Source of the DNA: an uncultured Chloroflexia bacterium
Lineage (GTDB): Bacteria; Chloroflexota; Anaerolineae; B4-G1; SLSP01
Reading direction: 5' to 3'
Assembly (NCBI GenBank): GCA_963751345.1
Contig: CAVVUS010000023.1
Location: 192,001 to 256,000, forward strand
DNA: 64,000 nt
Part shown: piece by piece, positions 1 through 10,342 of the stretch
Layout of the letters: the number at the start of each line of letters is the position of its first letter
Numbering within the stretch: the first letter of the stretch is position 1
Made by a program: the position numbers and the translations under genes
Notes under the pieces: model-generated
What the model saw: the letters and a program-made list of their open reading frames with translations, nothing else
Told to the model about the DNA's origin: nothing
The model's database searches: none

Positions 1-174
1 ATGATGGGATTGGCTGCTGCAATTGGTGCAGTCCTTGCCGGACGGCTCTTCGACGCGGTCGGGGGAGCTATGACCTTCCGCCTGGCGGCGCTCATGCCCC
101 TTGTGGCACTGGCAATCCTATGGATGGGTGTGCGGGCACGTGGCCGAGCCGGACAAAGTGCCTCTCAGATCTGA
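1..174 (+). CDS. C-terminal fragment of a probable MFS transporter (5' end outside window)
   Basis: Frame 1 reads MMGLAAAIGAVLAGRLFDAVGGAMTFRLAALMPLVALAILW..., the G-x-L-x-D-x-x-G pattern of the last MFS helices. Stop TGA at 172-174. Confidence 0.6.
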   Translation: MMGLAAAIGAVLAGRLFDAVGGAMTFRLAALMPLVALAILWMGVRARGRAGQSASQI

Positions 175-788
175 GAGCCTGAACGCTCGACACCGCGCTG
201 CTTACGACCGGGTGTCGGCGCATTTTGCGCTGGTCAATGCCGAGATGCCCGCGCAGGTCGCCGAGTCCGCGAGGCGCTTCCTCGCGGCGGTCGGGGGCGG
301 CGGGGTGGTCCTGGACCTCGGCTGCGGCCACGGCCGCGATGTGATGTGGCTCGAGGCGCGAGGTCTGCGTGTCGTAGGGTCGGATCTGTCGAGAGGCATG
401 CTGTCGGAGGCCACCCATCGCGTGGATGGCCCGTTGGTGCAGATGGATATGCGTCTCCCGGCCTTTCAGGATGGCGCTTTCCAGGGTGTCTGGTGCAATG
501 CTGCGATCCTGCATCTCCCCAAATCCGACGTCCTGCCAACGCTGAAGGAGATCCGGCGCAGCACTGCAACCGGGCGGGACGCTCTTCATCTCCATCCAGG
601 TTGGGACGGGGGAGACCTGGGAGAGGGGCGCATACGAGCAGCCCGTCTCCCGTTTCTTCGCACGCTATCAGCCTGAGGAGTTCGCCGCATACCTCAAGCA
701 GGCGGGATTCACGTTGGTCAGCCAAGACGACAGCCACGCGAGCCCGGCACGTCACTGGGCGCATTACCTGACCGAACGTATCGAGTGA
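158..788 (+). CDS. Class I SAM-dependent methyltransferase (frameshift near 565)
   Basis: VLDLGCGHGRD SAM motif, GSDLSRGML and FQGVWCNAAILHL. Continues in another frame as PGGTLFISIQ...HYLTERIE to TGA at 786-788. Start uncertain. Confidence 0.75.
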
Positions 789-861
789 CGCGTGGCCTCT
801 GCCCTTGGGCTGTGTCTTCGCATACGCACAGACTCTCGACAGCACAGCATCAATCGTCACT

Positions 862-917
862 TGTGACTTGTCACACTTCATCTGGCTCTTGCAATTCATG
901 ACGGTTTGATCTATGAT
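862..917 (+). promoter_or_regulatory. Putative sigma70 promoter with upstream palindromic operator for the GH63/ABC operon
   Basis: TTGCAA (889-894), 17-nt spacer, TATGAT (912-917). Palindrome TGTGAC-TT-GTCACA at 862-875. Confidence 0.5.
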
Positions 918-1028
918 ATATCGGTAGCCAGGGTGCATTCCGGTGAGCTGCCGACTCTTGTGCGGCGCCTTGCCCCAAGCTTCCATGGAGGGCCGAGGAC
1001 CTTGAACGATCCGATGGAGCGTCAACCG

Positions 1029-3776
1029 ATGGATTTTCGGGGCGCCTTCGAAGCGCTGCAGGGATCACACGATCTGCGTCTGTCCAACTGGGGGCCCTAC
1101 ACCAAACGCTATATGGGCGTCAGTCACATTCACGACGTGGCGTCCGGGGTTCGCTTCGACCTGAGTGTGTTTCCCGGCCTCTACCGTCGTGGCGTGAATG
1201 CCCCCAACGTGCTCTGGGAATCGGGGTACCATATCTGGGAGGCGGCGCCCGATCTCTCGTTCTTCCGGCACCGTCACCAGCTCGTTTGGAAGGACAAGGT
1301 CTACGCCGATATCGACTTCTTCAGCCCCGGCGACGCCGACTCAGATGACTGTATGTCGGTACGGGCCACGTGTGTGAATGCCAGCGACGAACCACAGAAC
1401 CTCGTTCTACATTGGATGGCCTCTGTTCATCTGCCGCCCGAGAGCGTGGTTGGCGGCAAGCCGCTGCAGGTGTCGCGGGTCCACGTGCCCGCGGGAGGGG
1501 TTTGGGTGGATGCGCTCGACTACGCATTCCTGTCGCTGGGCCACGAAGCTCACCGGGCGAACCTCACCTACGATGGCCAGCTCCGCGGAGAGGTGCGTGT
1601 CAGCGGGTTCGTGGGCGGCGTTGGGCTAGGACAGGGGTTTGGGCTGAATGAAGGCGACGCCGTCATCTACCGGGTAGAACTCCCTCGGGACCTCGCCTAT
1701 CCGGTTGTGGTGCTGCGATACCGGTTGGAGGATCGGGCCGAAGCGAAGATCGGCTTCCCTGGCGCGCTCGATCGTCCCGTCCGACTGCGGGGCACAGGGC
1801 AGATCGCCGTCCGCGAGATCCCCCTGGACCACCGGCTGTCCGGTGACGTGCTCCTGACGCTGGCCTCTTACGAACCCGGTCAGAGTGTGGAGATCGATGG
1901 GTTCGCCGTGGTCGATACGAGCCAGCTCGACGACGTTTCATTCGATCAGGAAGCGTGGAGCTATGTCCCGAAGCGTCTGCCGGGGCCGAGGCCTGACACG
2001 CTGGTGTTATTGTATGACGCACTTGCTATGACGTATGGCATCGCCTGGGGGGCACGGTCCGGCGCCGAGGTGCCCTTCCAGATTCGTGAGTTTTTCTGTG
2101 ACGACCTGGATACAGCCCTGCATCTCTCAATCCACAACCATACCCGCCACACGTTTTCCGGGCCCGGCGAGGGTCACTACACCAACGTCTTCCAGCGCCC
2201 TATCTTCATGGCTCCACAGAGCCGGCGCGTCATCACGGGGTTGGTGTGCCGGGGTGAGCCCAAGGCGGTCTATACCCGGTTGGCTAACTTCGACCCTTCA
2301 GATGCCGGTTGGGATGAGCGACACGCACGAGCGCGCGGCAGGGCCATCCGCGTGGGCACGACGGTTGCCACAAACCCATCCGGGGATGCCTACGCCGAGA
2401 GCCAGACGCGGATGGCGGCAACGGTCCTTTCCAATGTGGTCTATCCCGTTCGAACCCGGGGAACGTGGATCCGGCACTATACGCCTGGGCGCTGGTGGGA
2501 CAGCCTGTATACCTGGGACTCCGGCTTTATCGGCCTGGGTCTGGCTGAGTTAGACCTGGACCGCGCCCTGGACAACCTCAACGCCTATACGACCGAGCCG
2601 GGCACTCCGGATGCGGCCTTTATCCACCACGGGAGCCTGGTACCTACCCAGTTCTACCTCTTTCTCGCGCTCTGGCATCAGACGCAGTCCCAGCCACTGC
2701 TTCGCTATTTCTACCCCAGGTTGGCCCAGTATCACCGCTTCCTCGCCGGTAGGTGGGGCAGCTCCACCACGCGCGATCTGGAATCCGGCCTGATCCGTCC
2801 GTGGGACTACTTCTACAACTCCGGCGGGTGGGATGACTATCCGCCCCAGGTCCACGTTCACAGGTACGGCCTGGAGCCGTCCGTGACCCCTGTGATCAGC
2901 ACCGCACAGGTCATCCGAACGGCCAAGATCCTGCGGATGATGGCCCTCGCGCTCGGCGAGCCGACGGCGGAGTTCGACGACGACATCAGGGAGCTCTCAG
3001 GTGCGCTTCAGGCTCACGCGTGGGATGCCGAATCCGGCTACTTTGGCTATGTGGGCCACGATGATGCGGGCAAGCCCACGGGCATTCTCCGCGACGCAGA
3101 TGGCGTCAACTACAATATGGGCATGGGCGGGGCATCGCCATTGGTAGCCGGCATTTGTACCCCCGAGCAGGAGGCGCAGCTTATCACGTCGCTGATGTCG
3201 CCGGAGCGCATGTGGTCGCCCTATGGTCTCTCGACCGTGGATCAGTCGGCGCCCTACTATCGCGCTGACGGCTACTGGAACGGGGCGGTATGGATGCCGC
3301 ATCAGTGGTTGTTCTGGAAGGCACTGCTGGATCTCGGCTGCGCGGACGAGGCCCACAAGATCGCAAAGACAGCGTTGGATGTCTGGCAGACCGAGGTAGC
3401 ACGCTCCTACAATTGCTTCGAGCATTTCATCGTCCAGACCGGACGTGGCGCAGGATGGCACCATTTCAGCGGGTTGTCGACGCCGGTCCTCTCGTGGTTC
3501 GGCACCTACCACAGGCCAGGACGTTTGACGACGGGGTTCGACGTGTGGGTCGAGGCGCTCGATGTCGCCTCGGACGCGCGGAGGTTGACGGCGCGTCTGC
3601 GTCACTACGGGGCGGCGCACCACGCACCGTTGTGCATCGTCACGCTCGTTCCGGGCGACTACGAGGCCACGTGGAATGGTGCGCTCACTGCCAGCAACGA
3701 GCGCTATCCCGGCACGCTCGAGGTCTGGCTGCCGCAGGGCGCCGAGGCAGGTGAGTTGATCGTCGCGCCGCGGTGA
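1029..3776 (+). CDS. GH63/MGH1-like (alpha/alpha)6 glycoside hydrolase
   Basis: YTWDSGF, NSGGWDDYP and YWNGAVWMP motifs of GH63/GH37-type enzymes. GGAG SD precedes ATG 1029. Confidence 0.8.
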   Translation: MDFRGAFEALQGSHDLRLSNWGPYTKRYMGVSHIHDVASGVRFDLSVFPGLYRRGVNAPNVLWESGYHIWEAAPDLSFFRHRHQLVWKDKVYADIDFFSPGDADSDDCMSVRATCVNASDEPQNLVLHWMASVHLPPESVVGGKPLQVSRVHVPAGGVWVDALDYAFLSLGHEAHRANLTYDGQLRGEVRVSGFVGGVGLGQGFGLNEGDAVIYRVELPRDLAYPVVVLRYRLEDRAEAKIGFPGALDRPVRLRGTGQIAVREIPLDHRLSGDVLLTLASYEPGQSVEIDGFAVVDTSQLDDVSFDQEAWSYVPKRLPGPRPDTLVLLYDALAMTYGIAWGARSGAEVPFQIREFFCDDLDTALHLSIHNHTRHTFSGPGEGHYTNVFQRPIFMAPQSRRVITGLVCRGEPKAVYTRLANFDPSDAGWDERHARARGRAIRVGTTVATNPSGDAYAESQTRMAATVLSNVVYPVRTRGTWIRHYTPGRWWDSLYTWDSGFIGLGLAELDLDRALDNLNAYTTEPGTPDAAFIHHGSLVPTQFYLFLALWHQTQSQPLLRYFYPRLAQYHRFLAGRWGSSTTRDLESGLIRPWDYFYNSGGWDDYPPQVHVHRYGLEPSVTPVISTAQVIRTAKILRMMALALGEPTAEFDDDIRELSGALQAHAWDAESGYFGYVGHDDAGKPTGILRDADGVNYNMGMGGASPLVAGICTPEQEAQLITSLMSPERMWSPYGLSTVDQSAPYYRADGYWNGAVWMPHQWLFWKALLDLGCADEAHKIAKTALDVWQTEVARSYNCFEHFIVQTGRGAGWHHFSGLSTPVLSWFGTYHRPGRLTTGFDVWVEALDVASDARRLTARLRHYGAAHHAPLCIVTLVPGDYEATWNGALTASNERYPGTLEVWLPQGAEAGELIVAPR

Positions 3777-3901
3777 TCGCAGGCCCGGCGAGGCCTACGC
3801 GTGGTTGGCTCTATGAGGCACCTTCGACCACGCATGCGTCAACGCGAGCAGACGGCACCTAATCTTCGCAAGGTTTCTCGGTTCACAGGAGACTTATCGC
3901 G

Positions 3902-5497
3902 ATGAAAAAAGTGTGGGGTGGTATCCTGACGTTGATCGGCGGCCTGATCGCCCTGGCCTGCGTACCCTTTCTGCTGCACGCCTTGATGAACGCGCTCTTT
4001 GCCCTGATCCTGCAGCAGCCTGTGCCCGCATGGTGGTGGCGCGCTATCGCGCCCATTCAGAACATCGTGGCGCTGCCAATCCTCGCTTTTGCCTTTGTCA
4101 TCAAGATGGGGCCGACGCTGTCGCTGGTCATCCCGGTGGTCATCCTCGCCGTCGTGCAGACGGTGGGAGTGCTGATCCTGTGGGCCGGGCTGCGCATGCT
4201 GCGACGGCCCGGGAGCGGGAAGGGACGAGGCATCGCCTCGGCTGCCGGTGTGTTGCTGGTCCTGTTCTCACTCTTTGCCTGCCAGAAGCAGCCCGCTGCC
4301 GTGGAGCCTACGATCGAGGCGCCTCCGGGCACTGTGCTCCTTCAGTGGTCGAACTGGGGCGGCAGCGAGAGTGTCGCGCTCCAACAGGAGATCGTGCGCA
4401 ACTTCGAGGCGACGCATCCCGGCATCAAGGTGCAGTTGGTGACCGTTGCGGATTTCACGAACTATCTGACCAAGCTTCAGACCCTGCTGGCCTCCGGGAC
4501 GCCACCCGACGTGATGACGCTGGGAAACGAGTGGTTCCCGGCTTTTCTGGAGAAGGGAGCCTTCCAGGAGCTGACGCCCTACGTCGCCGGCGATGCCGAG
4601 CTGAACCTGGACGACTACATCCCGTTGACGCTGCAGGTGCTGACCCGCGATAGTAAGCTTTATGCGCTGCCGGCAGACTTCAGCGTCGACGCGCTCTACT
4701 ACAACCTCGACGCCTTCGACGCCGCGGGGCTGGCCTATCCGGACGATACGTGGACGTGGGACACACTGCTGAGTGCCGCGCAGCAGCTCACCGAGCGAGA
4801 TGCGAGCGGGCGAGCGATCCGCTACGGGTGGTCCGACACCGCCCTCAACCTGTGGCCCTGGATCTGGCAGAACGGCGGCACCGTCTTCGACAACGAGCGC
4901 GATCCCACGCGCTGTACCCTCACCGATCCGGCGGTGGTTGATGCCGTGCAGTTCTACTATGATCTGTCGTTGAAATACAAGGTCGCGCCCAACGTCGCCG
5001 AGCTTCAGCAGACGCCGCTGCGCGAGATGTTCATCGCGGGACGTGTGGCCATGATCTACGACAACGTGGGAGCCCAAGTGCCGTTCTCCCAGATCACGGA
5101 TTTCCGCTGGGATGTCGCGAAGCTGGCGATGGGCAAGGAGCGTGTGACGCCGATGGCCGAGAACGGCTATGCGATGTCGGCGGCTACCGCGCACCCGGAG
5201 GAAGCGTGGACGCTGATCAAGTATCTGTCGAGTCCCGAGGCCGTCCGGGTGATCGTCGGCGCGGGTGGGGGGATGCCCGCTCTGAAAGCGCTGGCCGAGT
5301 CAGGCGAGTTCAGGGTGAAGCCGGCGTTCCTGGAATCCGTGCCGTATTCGAAGCCGATCTTCTCCGCCCCGCAGATGCTCGATATGCTGGCCGTCTTCCG
5401 CAACGAGCAACCCCTGATGGCGATGGGGCTCAAGCCCGTGCCCGAGACGCTGCGATCGATGAACGAGATCTTCAACGAGATGCTGGGCGCGCAGTAG
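3902..5497 (+). CDS. Sugar ABC transporter substrate-binding protein with an extra N-terminal membrane segment
   Basis: SBP_bac_1-like body (FEATHPGIKV, SGTPPDV, LYYNLDAF, WTWD, EEAWTLIKYL). About 100 hydrophobic residues precede an internal lipobox (LFAC). Confidence 0.85.
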   Translation: MKKVWGGILTLIGGLIALACVPFLLHALMNALFALILQQPVPAWWWRAIAPIQNIVALPILAFAFVIKMGPTLSLVIPVVILAVVQTVGVLILWAGLRMLRRPGSGKGRGIASAAGVLLVLFSLFACQKQPAAVEPTIEAPPGTVLLQWSNWGGSESVALQQEIVRNFEATHPGIKVQLVTVADFTNYLTKLQTLLASGTPPDVMTLGNEWFPAFLEKGAFQELTPYVAGDAELNLDDYIPLTLQVLTRDSKLYALPADFSVDALYYNLDAFDAAGLAYPDDTWTWDTLLSAAQQLTERDASGRAIRYGWSDTALNLWPWIWQNGGTVFDNERDPTRCTLTDPAVVDAVQFYYDLSLKYKVAPNVAELQQTPLREMFIAGRVAMIYDNVGAQVPFSQITDFRWDVAKLAMGKERVTPMAENGYAMSAATAHPEEAWTLIKYLSSPEAVRVIVGAGGGMPALKALAESGEFRVKPAFLESVPYSKPIFSAPQMLDMLAVFRNEQPLMAMGLKPVPETLRSMNEIFNEMLGAQ

Positions 5498-5610
5498 GGG
5501 TGGATGCTGGAAGCCGGAAGCCAGATGCTGGACGTTGGATGTTGGCCGCCAGGCAACGCGTTCGGGCTTACTCCTTGCTCTATGCTGATCGCTGAAAGCT
5601 GACCACCGCC

Positions 5611-6489
5611 ATGCGCTACAGGTCACCCCATCGGCCGGGCCTGTGGGCGCTCTTCTTCCTGGCGCCGAGCCTGGTCGGGTTCCTGCTCTTCACCCTCGGT
5701 CCGGTAGTGGCCTCGCTGGTGCTCAGCACGACGCAGTGGGACCTGATCGGTAGCCCGCACTTCGTCGGGCTGCGGAACTACCGCGAGATCCTGGGTGACG
5801 CCGTCTTCGGTCGCGTGGCGGTCAACACCGTGGCCTACAGTGGCGGGGTGGTGCCCCTGCTGCTCGTCGTCTCGCTCGTGCTCGCCCTCGCGCTCAACCG
5901 ACAGTTCAGGGGTCGCACGCTATATCGAACGATCTTCTTCATGCCGGTCGTCTCCTCGACCGTGGCCGTCGCCATGGTCTGGCGCTGGATCTATGCCCCC
6001 TTTGGCGCGATCAACGTCGGTCTCACAGCCCTTGGCCTACCGGCCGTGGAATGGCTGACGACGACGCAGTGGGCAATGCCGTCGGTCATTTTCATGAGCG
6101 TCTGGCAGAGCATGGGCTACAGCATGGTCATCTTCCTGGCGGGGCTCCAAGGGATCCCCCAACACCTCTACGATGCGGCAGCGGTCGATGGCGCGACGGG
6201 TTGGCGCAGATTCCGATACATCACACTGCCCTTGCTCTCACCCACCACGTTCTTTGTCGTGGTGATGGCCGTGATCACGACGTTCCAGGTCTTCGGGCAG
6301 GTCTACATCCTGACCGGTGGCGGTCCCGCGTTCGCCACGAGCACGATCGTCTACTACATCTACGAGCGGGCGTTCCTGTCGCTGCATATGGGGTACGCGA
6401 GCGCGCTTGCCTGGGTGCTCTTTGCGGCGATCTTCGGGCTCACGCTGGCCCAGATTCGCCTGCAGCGACGGTGGGTGACGTATGAGTAG
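5611..6489 (+). CDS. Carbohydrate ABC transporter permease (MalF/UgpA-like)
   Basis: FVGLRNY, LAGLQGIPQHLYDAAAVDGA (EAA loop), FRYITLPLL, GYASALAW. Confidence 0.92.
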   Translation: MRYRSPHRPGLWALFFLAPSLVGFLLFTLGPVVASLVLSTTQWDLIGSPHFVGLRNYREILGDAVFGRVAVNTVAYSGGVVPLLLVVSLVLALALNRQFRGRTLYRTIFFMPVVSSTVAVAMVWRWIYAPFGAINVGLTALGLPAVEWLTTTQWAMPSVIFMSVWQSMGYSMVIFLAGLQGIPQHLYDAAAVDGATGWRRFRYITLPLLSPTTFFVVVMAVITTFQVFGQVYILTGGGPAFATSTIVYYIYERAFLSLHMGYASALAWVLFAAIFGLTLAQIRLQRRWVTYE

Positions 6490-7360
6490 GGCTGTAGGCT
6501 TGGACCAATCTGCTGGGATTGGTCCAAGCTACCGCCGCGGGAGGGGGTTTCGCGCATGGGCTGTGGCACGATACGTCGGGCTCACTGCGGCAGCGGCGCT
6601 GGCGGTGCTGCCGTTCCTGTGGATGATCACCACGTCGCTTCGCCCGCTGATCGACGTGATCAGCAAGCCCTTCGGACTCCCGCTGCCGCCGCTATGGTCC
6701 AACTATCCTGCGGTCTTTGACACGATTCCGTTCGGGCGCAGTTATCTCAACACGCTCTTTGTCGCGCTAGCACGCACAGCAGGTGTGGTGCTCACCTCGT
6801 CGATGGCCGCCTACGCCTTCGCCAGGCTGCACTTCCGGGGGCGCGATGCCCTCTTCGCGGTCTACCTGGCGACGATGATGATCCCGTCACAGGTGACGAT
6901 GATCCCGACGTTCATCCTGATGCGCCTGCTGGGCTGGCGCGACACGTACCAGGCGCTGATCGTGCCCCAGTTGGCCAGCGCCTTTGGCACCTTCCTGCTG
7001 CGCCAGTTTTTCCTCACGCTGCCCACCAGCCTGGAGGAGGCCGCGGTCATCGATGGCTGCTCTCCCCTGGGCATCTTCCGCCACGTCATCCTGCCGCTGG
7101 GAAAGCCGGCGCTGAGCACGCTGGCGGTCTTCACCTTTCTCGGGGCCTGGAACGACTTCATGTGGCCCCTGATCATGACCGACTCGCCTGAGTTGGCCGT
7201 GCTCAGCGTCGCGCTCTCATATCTCCAGCAGACGAGCCACACCGACTGGCCGCTGCTAATGGCGGGCGCCGTGATGGCGCTGCTGCCCGTGCTCGCGGTC
7301 TACGTCGCCGCCCAGCGCACCTTCGTCGAGGGCATCGCGCTGACGGGAATCAAGGGCTGA
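6482..7360 (+). CDS. Carbohydrate ABC transporter permease (MalG/UgpE-like)
   Basis: AAYAFARLHFRGR, FLLRQFFLTLPTSLEEAAVIDG, WNDFMWP, C-terminal GIKG. Confidence 0.92.
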   Translation: MSRAVGLDQSAGIGPSYRRGRGFRAWAVARYVGLTAAAALAVLPFLWMITTSLRPLIDVISKPFGLPLPPLWSNYPAVFDTIPFGRSYLNTLFVALARTAGVVLTSSMAAYAFARLHFRGRDALFAVYLATMMIPSQVTMIPTFILMRLLGWRDTYQALIVPQLASAFGTFLLRQFFLTLPTSLEEAAVIDGCSPLGIFRHVILPLGKPALSTLAVFTFLGAWNDFMWPLIMTDSPELAVLSVALSYLQQTSHTDWPLLMAGAVMALLPVLAVYVAAQRTFVEGIALTGIKG

Positions 7361-7389
7361 CAGTTGACGCGCGATCGGTCGGTGATCAC

Positions 7390-8493
7390 CTACCAGTCGA
7401 CCACCGCGCCGTCGAAGGCGTCGTAGCTCTCGTGGTTGAGCCAGTCGTGGTCGATCTTGTCGGCCATGGCGTCCTCATCGAGCTCGATCCCCAGCCCGGG
7501 CTTGGTCGGTAGCTCGACGTAGCCATCCTTGAACGTGAAGGGCTCCTTGAGGTAGCCTTCGCCCAACGTCGTGTGCTCCTGGGCGATAAAGTTGGGGATG
7601 CTGGCGTCGAGCTGCACGCAGGCCGCCAGGGCGATCGGCCCGAGCGGGTTGTGTGGCGCGATGGCGGCGTACGCTGCCTCAGCCATCCCGGCGATGAGAC
7701 GCACCTCGGTGATGCCGCCGGCGTGGCAGAGATCGGGCTGCAGGATGCTGGCGGCGCGCTTCTCCAGGATCTCACGGAAGCCCCATTTGGTGAAGACCCG
7801 CTCGCCCGTCGCGATAGGCAGGTGCGTGCTGTGGGCCAGGTCGGCGAGGACGTCGACGTCCTGACACTGGACCGGCTCCTCAATGAACATCGGCTGGTAG
7901 GGCTCGAGTTCGTGAATGAGGATCTTCGCGGTCTGGGGGCTGATCGCGCCGTGGAAATCGATCGCGATGTCAATCTCGGGCCCGGCGACCTCACGCATCC
8001 GCGCGAAGTGGGCGACCGCTCCATCGATGAATGCCTTGTTCTCGATGATCCGCGCCGGGCGCTCTTTGTAGACCCCGGTCTTGAAGGCCGTGAACCCCTT
8101 GTCGATCCACTCCTGGATGTTCTCGGGGCGCGCGCCGCCCTTGTAGAGCCGGATGCGGTCGCGGGTCGGCCCGCCGAAGAGCTTGTAGGTTGGGACGCCG
8201 AGCGCTTTGCCGGAAAGGTCCCATAGCGCCTGGTCGACGCCGCTCAGCGCACTCGTGAGCAGCGGGCCGCCGCGGTAGAAGGCGTGACGGTACATCGCCT
8301 GCCAATGGTGGACGACGCGGGTGGGATCCTTGCCGACCAGGTAGGGCGCCAGCTCGGCGACGGCGGTTGCGCAGGTCTTCGCGCGGCCCTCCAGGATCGG
8401 CTCGCCGAGGCCCACCAGCCCCTCATCAGTGTGGATCTTGAGGAAGAGCCAGCGTGGCTTGACGAGCAACGTCTCAAGTCTGGTGATCTTCAT
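7390..8493 (-). CDS. dgoD: Galactonate dehydratase (enolase superfamily)
   Basis: MKIT..PRWLFLKIHTDEG..GEP..EGRA, FYRGGP, DQALWD, DFHG, FIEEP, ATGER, APHNPLGP. Confidence 0.85.
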   Translation of the reverse strand: MKITRLETLLVKPRWLFLKIHTDEGLVGLGEPILEGRAKTCATAVAELAPYLVGKDPTRVVHHWQAMYRHAFYRGGPLLTSALSGVDQALWDLSGKALGVPTYKLFGGPTRDRIRLYKGGARPENIQEWIDKGFTAFKTGVYKERPARIIENKAFIDGAVAHFARMREVAGPEIDIAIDFHGAISPQTAKILIHELEPYQPMFIEEPVQCQDVDVLADLAHSTHLPIATGERVFTKWGFREILEKRAASILQPDLCHAGGITEVRLIAGMAEAAYAAIAPHNPLGPIALAACVQLDASIPNFIAQEHTTLGEGYLKEPFTFKDGYVELPTKPGLGIELDEDAMADKIDHDWLNHESYDAFDGAVVDW

Positions 8494-8623
8494 GTAGTAC
8501 CTCCAGGATCTGGGTGAGTCCGGATCAAAGGAACGACAAGTTGTCGTCCGGATGATAGGGGTGGGGCAGGGGCTGTCAAACAGTGCCTTGGGCTGTGGCC
8601 CGCTGCCGAGACGGAATGCCCCG

Positions 8624-9064
8624 CTATGGCCGTCCGCTTTCCAGCAGCCGCTTCAGGGAGACCAGGTCAGACTGAAACTGGCGTTCCGCCTGCCGGCTGG
8701 CCATGCGCTCCATCAACCGGTAGGTACCGCCCAGTTCGACCTGGACCTCAAGTACCAGGAGTGTGCCGCTCCCCTGCGGACTGAGCTTGACTGTCATCTC
8801 GATCAGGGCCGGGCCGCCGATCGCTCTTGACTTCGACTCGTTCGGCGGGTCCCAGCGCGTGATCTCGACCGCGGCCTCAACGCTTCGACCTACGAGGCTT
8901 GCCACCATCTTGAGTGTCGACCCGACGCCATGAGGAGGCTCGGACGTCCATTCAAAGACCTCGACGCCAGTCTGCCACCGAGGATTGTTGGCGGGGGTCG
9001 TCACGAAGTCGAATACGTCCTCTGGGGACCGGTTGATGTACGTGCTTGCCTCAAATGCGAACAC
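8624..9064 (-). CDS. SRPBCC (polyketide cyclase/dehydrase-like) family protein
   Basis: INRSPEDVFDFVTTPANNPRW N-terminus and DLVSLKRLLE C-terminal helix. Start taken as GTG 9064. Confidence 0.8.
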   Translation of the reverse strand: MFAFEASTYINRSPEDVFDFVTTPANNPRWQTGVEVFEWTSEPPHGVGSTLKMVASLVGRSVEAAVEITRWDPPNESKSRAIGGPALIEMTVKLSPQGSGTLLVLEVQVELGGTYRLMERMASRQAERQFQSDLVSLKRLLESGRP

Positions 9065-9528
9065 TGTGCTTGCTCCTTTCGCCTTCCGCGGTCGCCACCC
9101 GCGTTGTTGGGCGCACCTACGATGTCTGCGGGAGCGAGGATCTGAGGAAATCCGGCCAGGGGTGCTCAATACCACCTCCCGGACCCGGCGGGCGGGGCGT
9201 TCAAGACGCTCGCCGGATGCGTACCAACGTCATCGGGATGATCGGCATCTCTTGTTGCCTCGTTTCCTGCGCGCCACTGCTCATCACCGTAACGCTTTCA
9301 TCGGCTGTTGCCTCAGTATAGGCTACGTGGCGATCGGCGCCAATGTGTGGTTCTGTGGAGTGATATTCCCACGTAGCACCAACTCTTGACCTTCCCCCGT
9401 CGCCTCGATATACTCCCTCCACACGCGATCGACACGCGGAACTCGGTCTCTCATCCAGTCATCGCCGGTCGTCACTCTTTCGTGCGGCGCGTTGCACGTG
9501 TCGTTACCCTGTTCTATCGAGGTCTCTT

Positions 9529-10266
9529 ATGTACATCAAGTGTCTATCCTGTGAGGCGCTGGCGCGCCTCGTCTATCTGTCGGCGGCGCGGTCCCCGCAT
9601 ACCGTGGATGTGGAGCTTTTCCGGCTGGGGTGGCACAGCAACCCGCCGGACCTGCGGACGCGGCTGCAGGCCGCCATCGATGCGGCAGCCGAGGATCCCG
9701 AGCGCCACTACGACGCCGTGGTGTTGGCCTATGGGCTCTGCGGAAAGTCGACGGCGGGGCTGGTCGCGAAGGGCGTGCCGCTGGTCATGCCGCGGGCACA
9801 CGACTGCATCACGCTTTTCCTCGGCGGGCGCGCGCGTTACCAGCGGGAGTTCACGGCGAACCCCGGCACGTATTGGTACGTGCAGGACTACGTCGAGCGC
9901 AACGGCGGCAAGACGGCGCTCTCGCTCGGGGCGGAAGGCTACGATGACGTGGCCTCGATGTATGATGAGTATGTCAAGAAGTATGGGACGGACAACGCCG
10001 ATTACCTGATGGAGGTGATGGGCGCGTGGCAAGCGCACTACAACCGCGCGGCCTATATCGATATGGGTGTGGCGGACGGCGCTAAGGTGGAGGTCGAGAC
10101 CCAGGACGAGGCAGCCCGGCGCGGGTGGACATTCGAACGGATGGCGGGTGATCTCGTCCTTATCAAGCGCTTGCTCGACGGCGATTGGGACGACGACTTC
10201 CTGGTGCTCCAGCCCGGCACGGCAGTGAAGATGGTCTACGACGAGCGCGTCGTCGCCTGCGAGTGA
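9529..10266 (+). CDS. DUF1638 domain protein
   Basis: LSCE, GWHSNP, YDAVVLAYGLCG, PRAHDCITLFLG and PGTYW motifs. Confidence 0.8.
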   Translation: MYIKCLSCEALARLVYLSAARSPHTVDVELFRLGWHSNPPDLRTRLQAAIDAAAEDPERHYDAVVLAYGLCGKSTAGLVAKGVPLVMPRAHDCITLFLGGRARYQREFTANPGTYWYVQDYVERNGGKTALSLGAEGYDDVASMYDEYVKKYGTDNADYLMEVMGAWQAHYNRAAYIDMGVADGAKVEVETQDEAARRGWTFERMAGDLVLIKRLLDGDWDDDFLVLQPGTAVKMVYDERVVACE

Positions 10267-10342
10267 TGCTCGTGAGCGCTGAGCCCTGCGAAGGCAACCC
10301 AGGCCCAGCTCGGGCCGGAGCCTTCGCCAGGTCTCCGACCCG

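Noticed and set aside
5498-5602. ncRNA or leader peptide between SBP and permease
   Set aside because: Only degenerate heptamer repeats (ATGCTGG/AAGCCGG, GCTGATC/GCTGAAA); no recognisable RNA structure.
9065-9528. Small ORFs or riboswitch upstream of DUF1638
   Set aside because: ORFs lack motifs and I could not find a cobalamin riboswitch core by eye. An Rfam cmscan would settle it.
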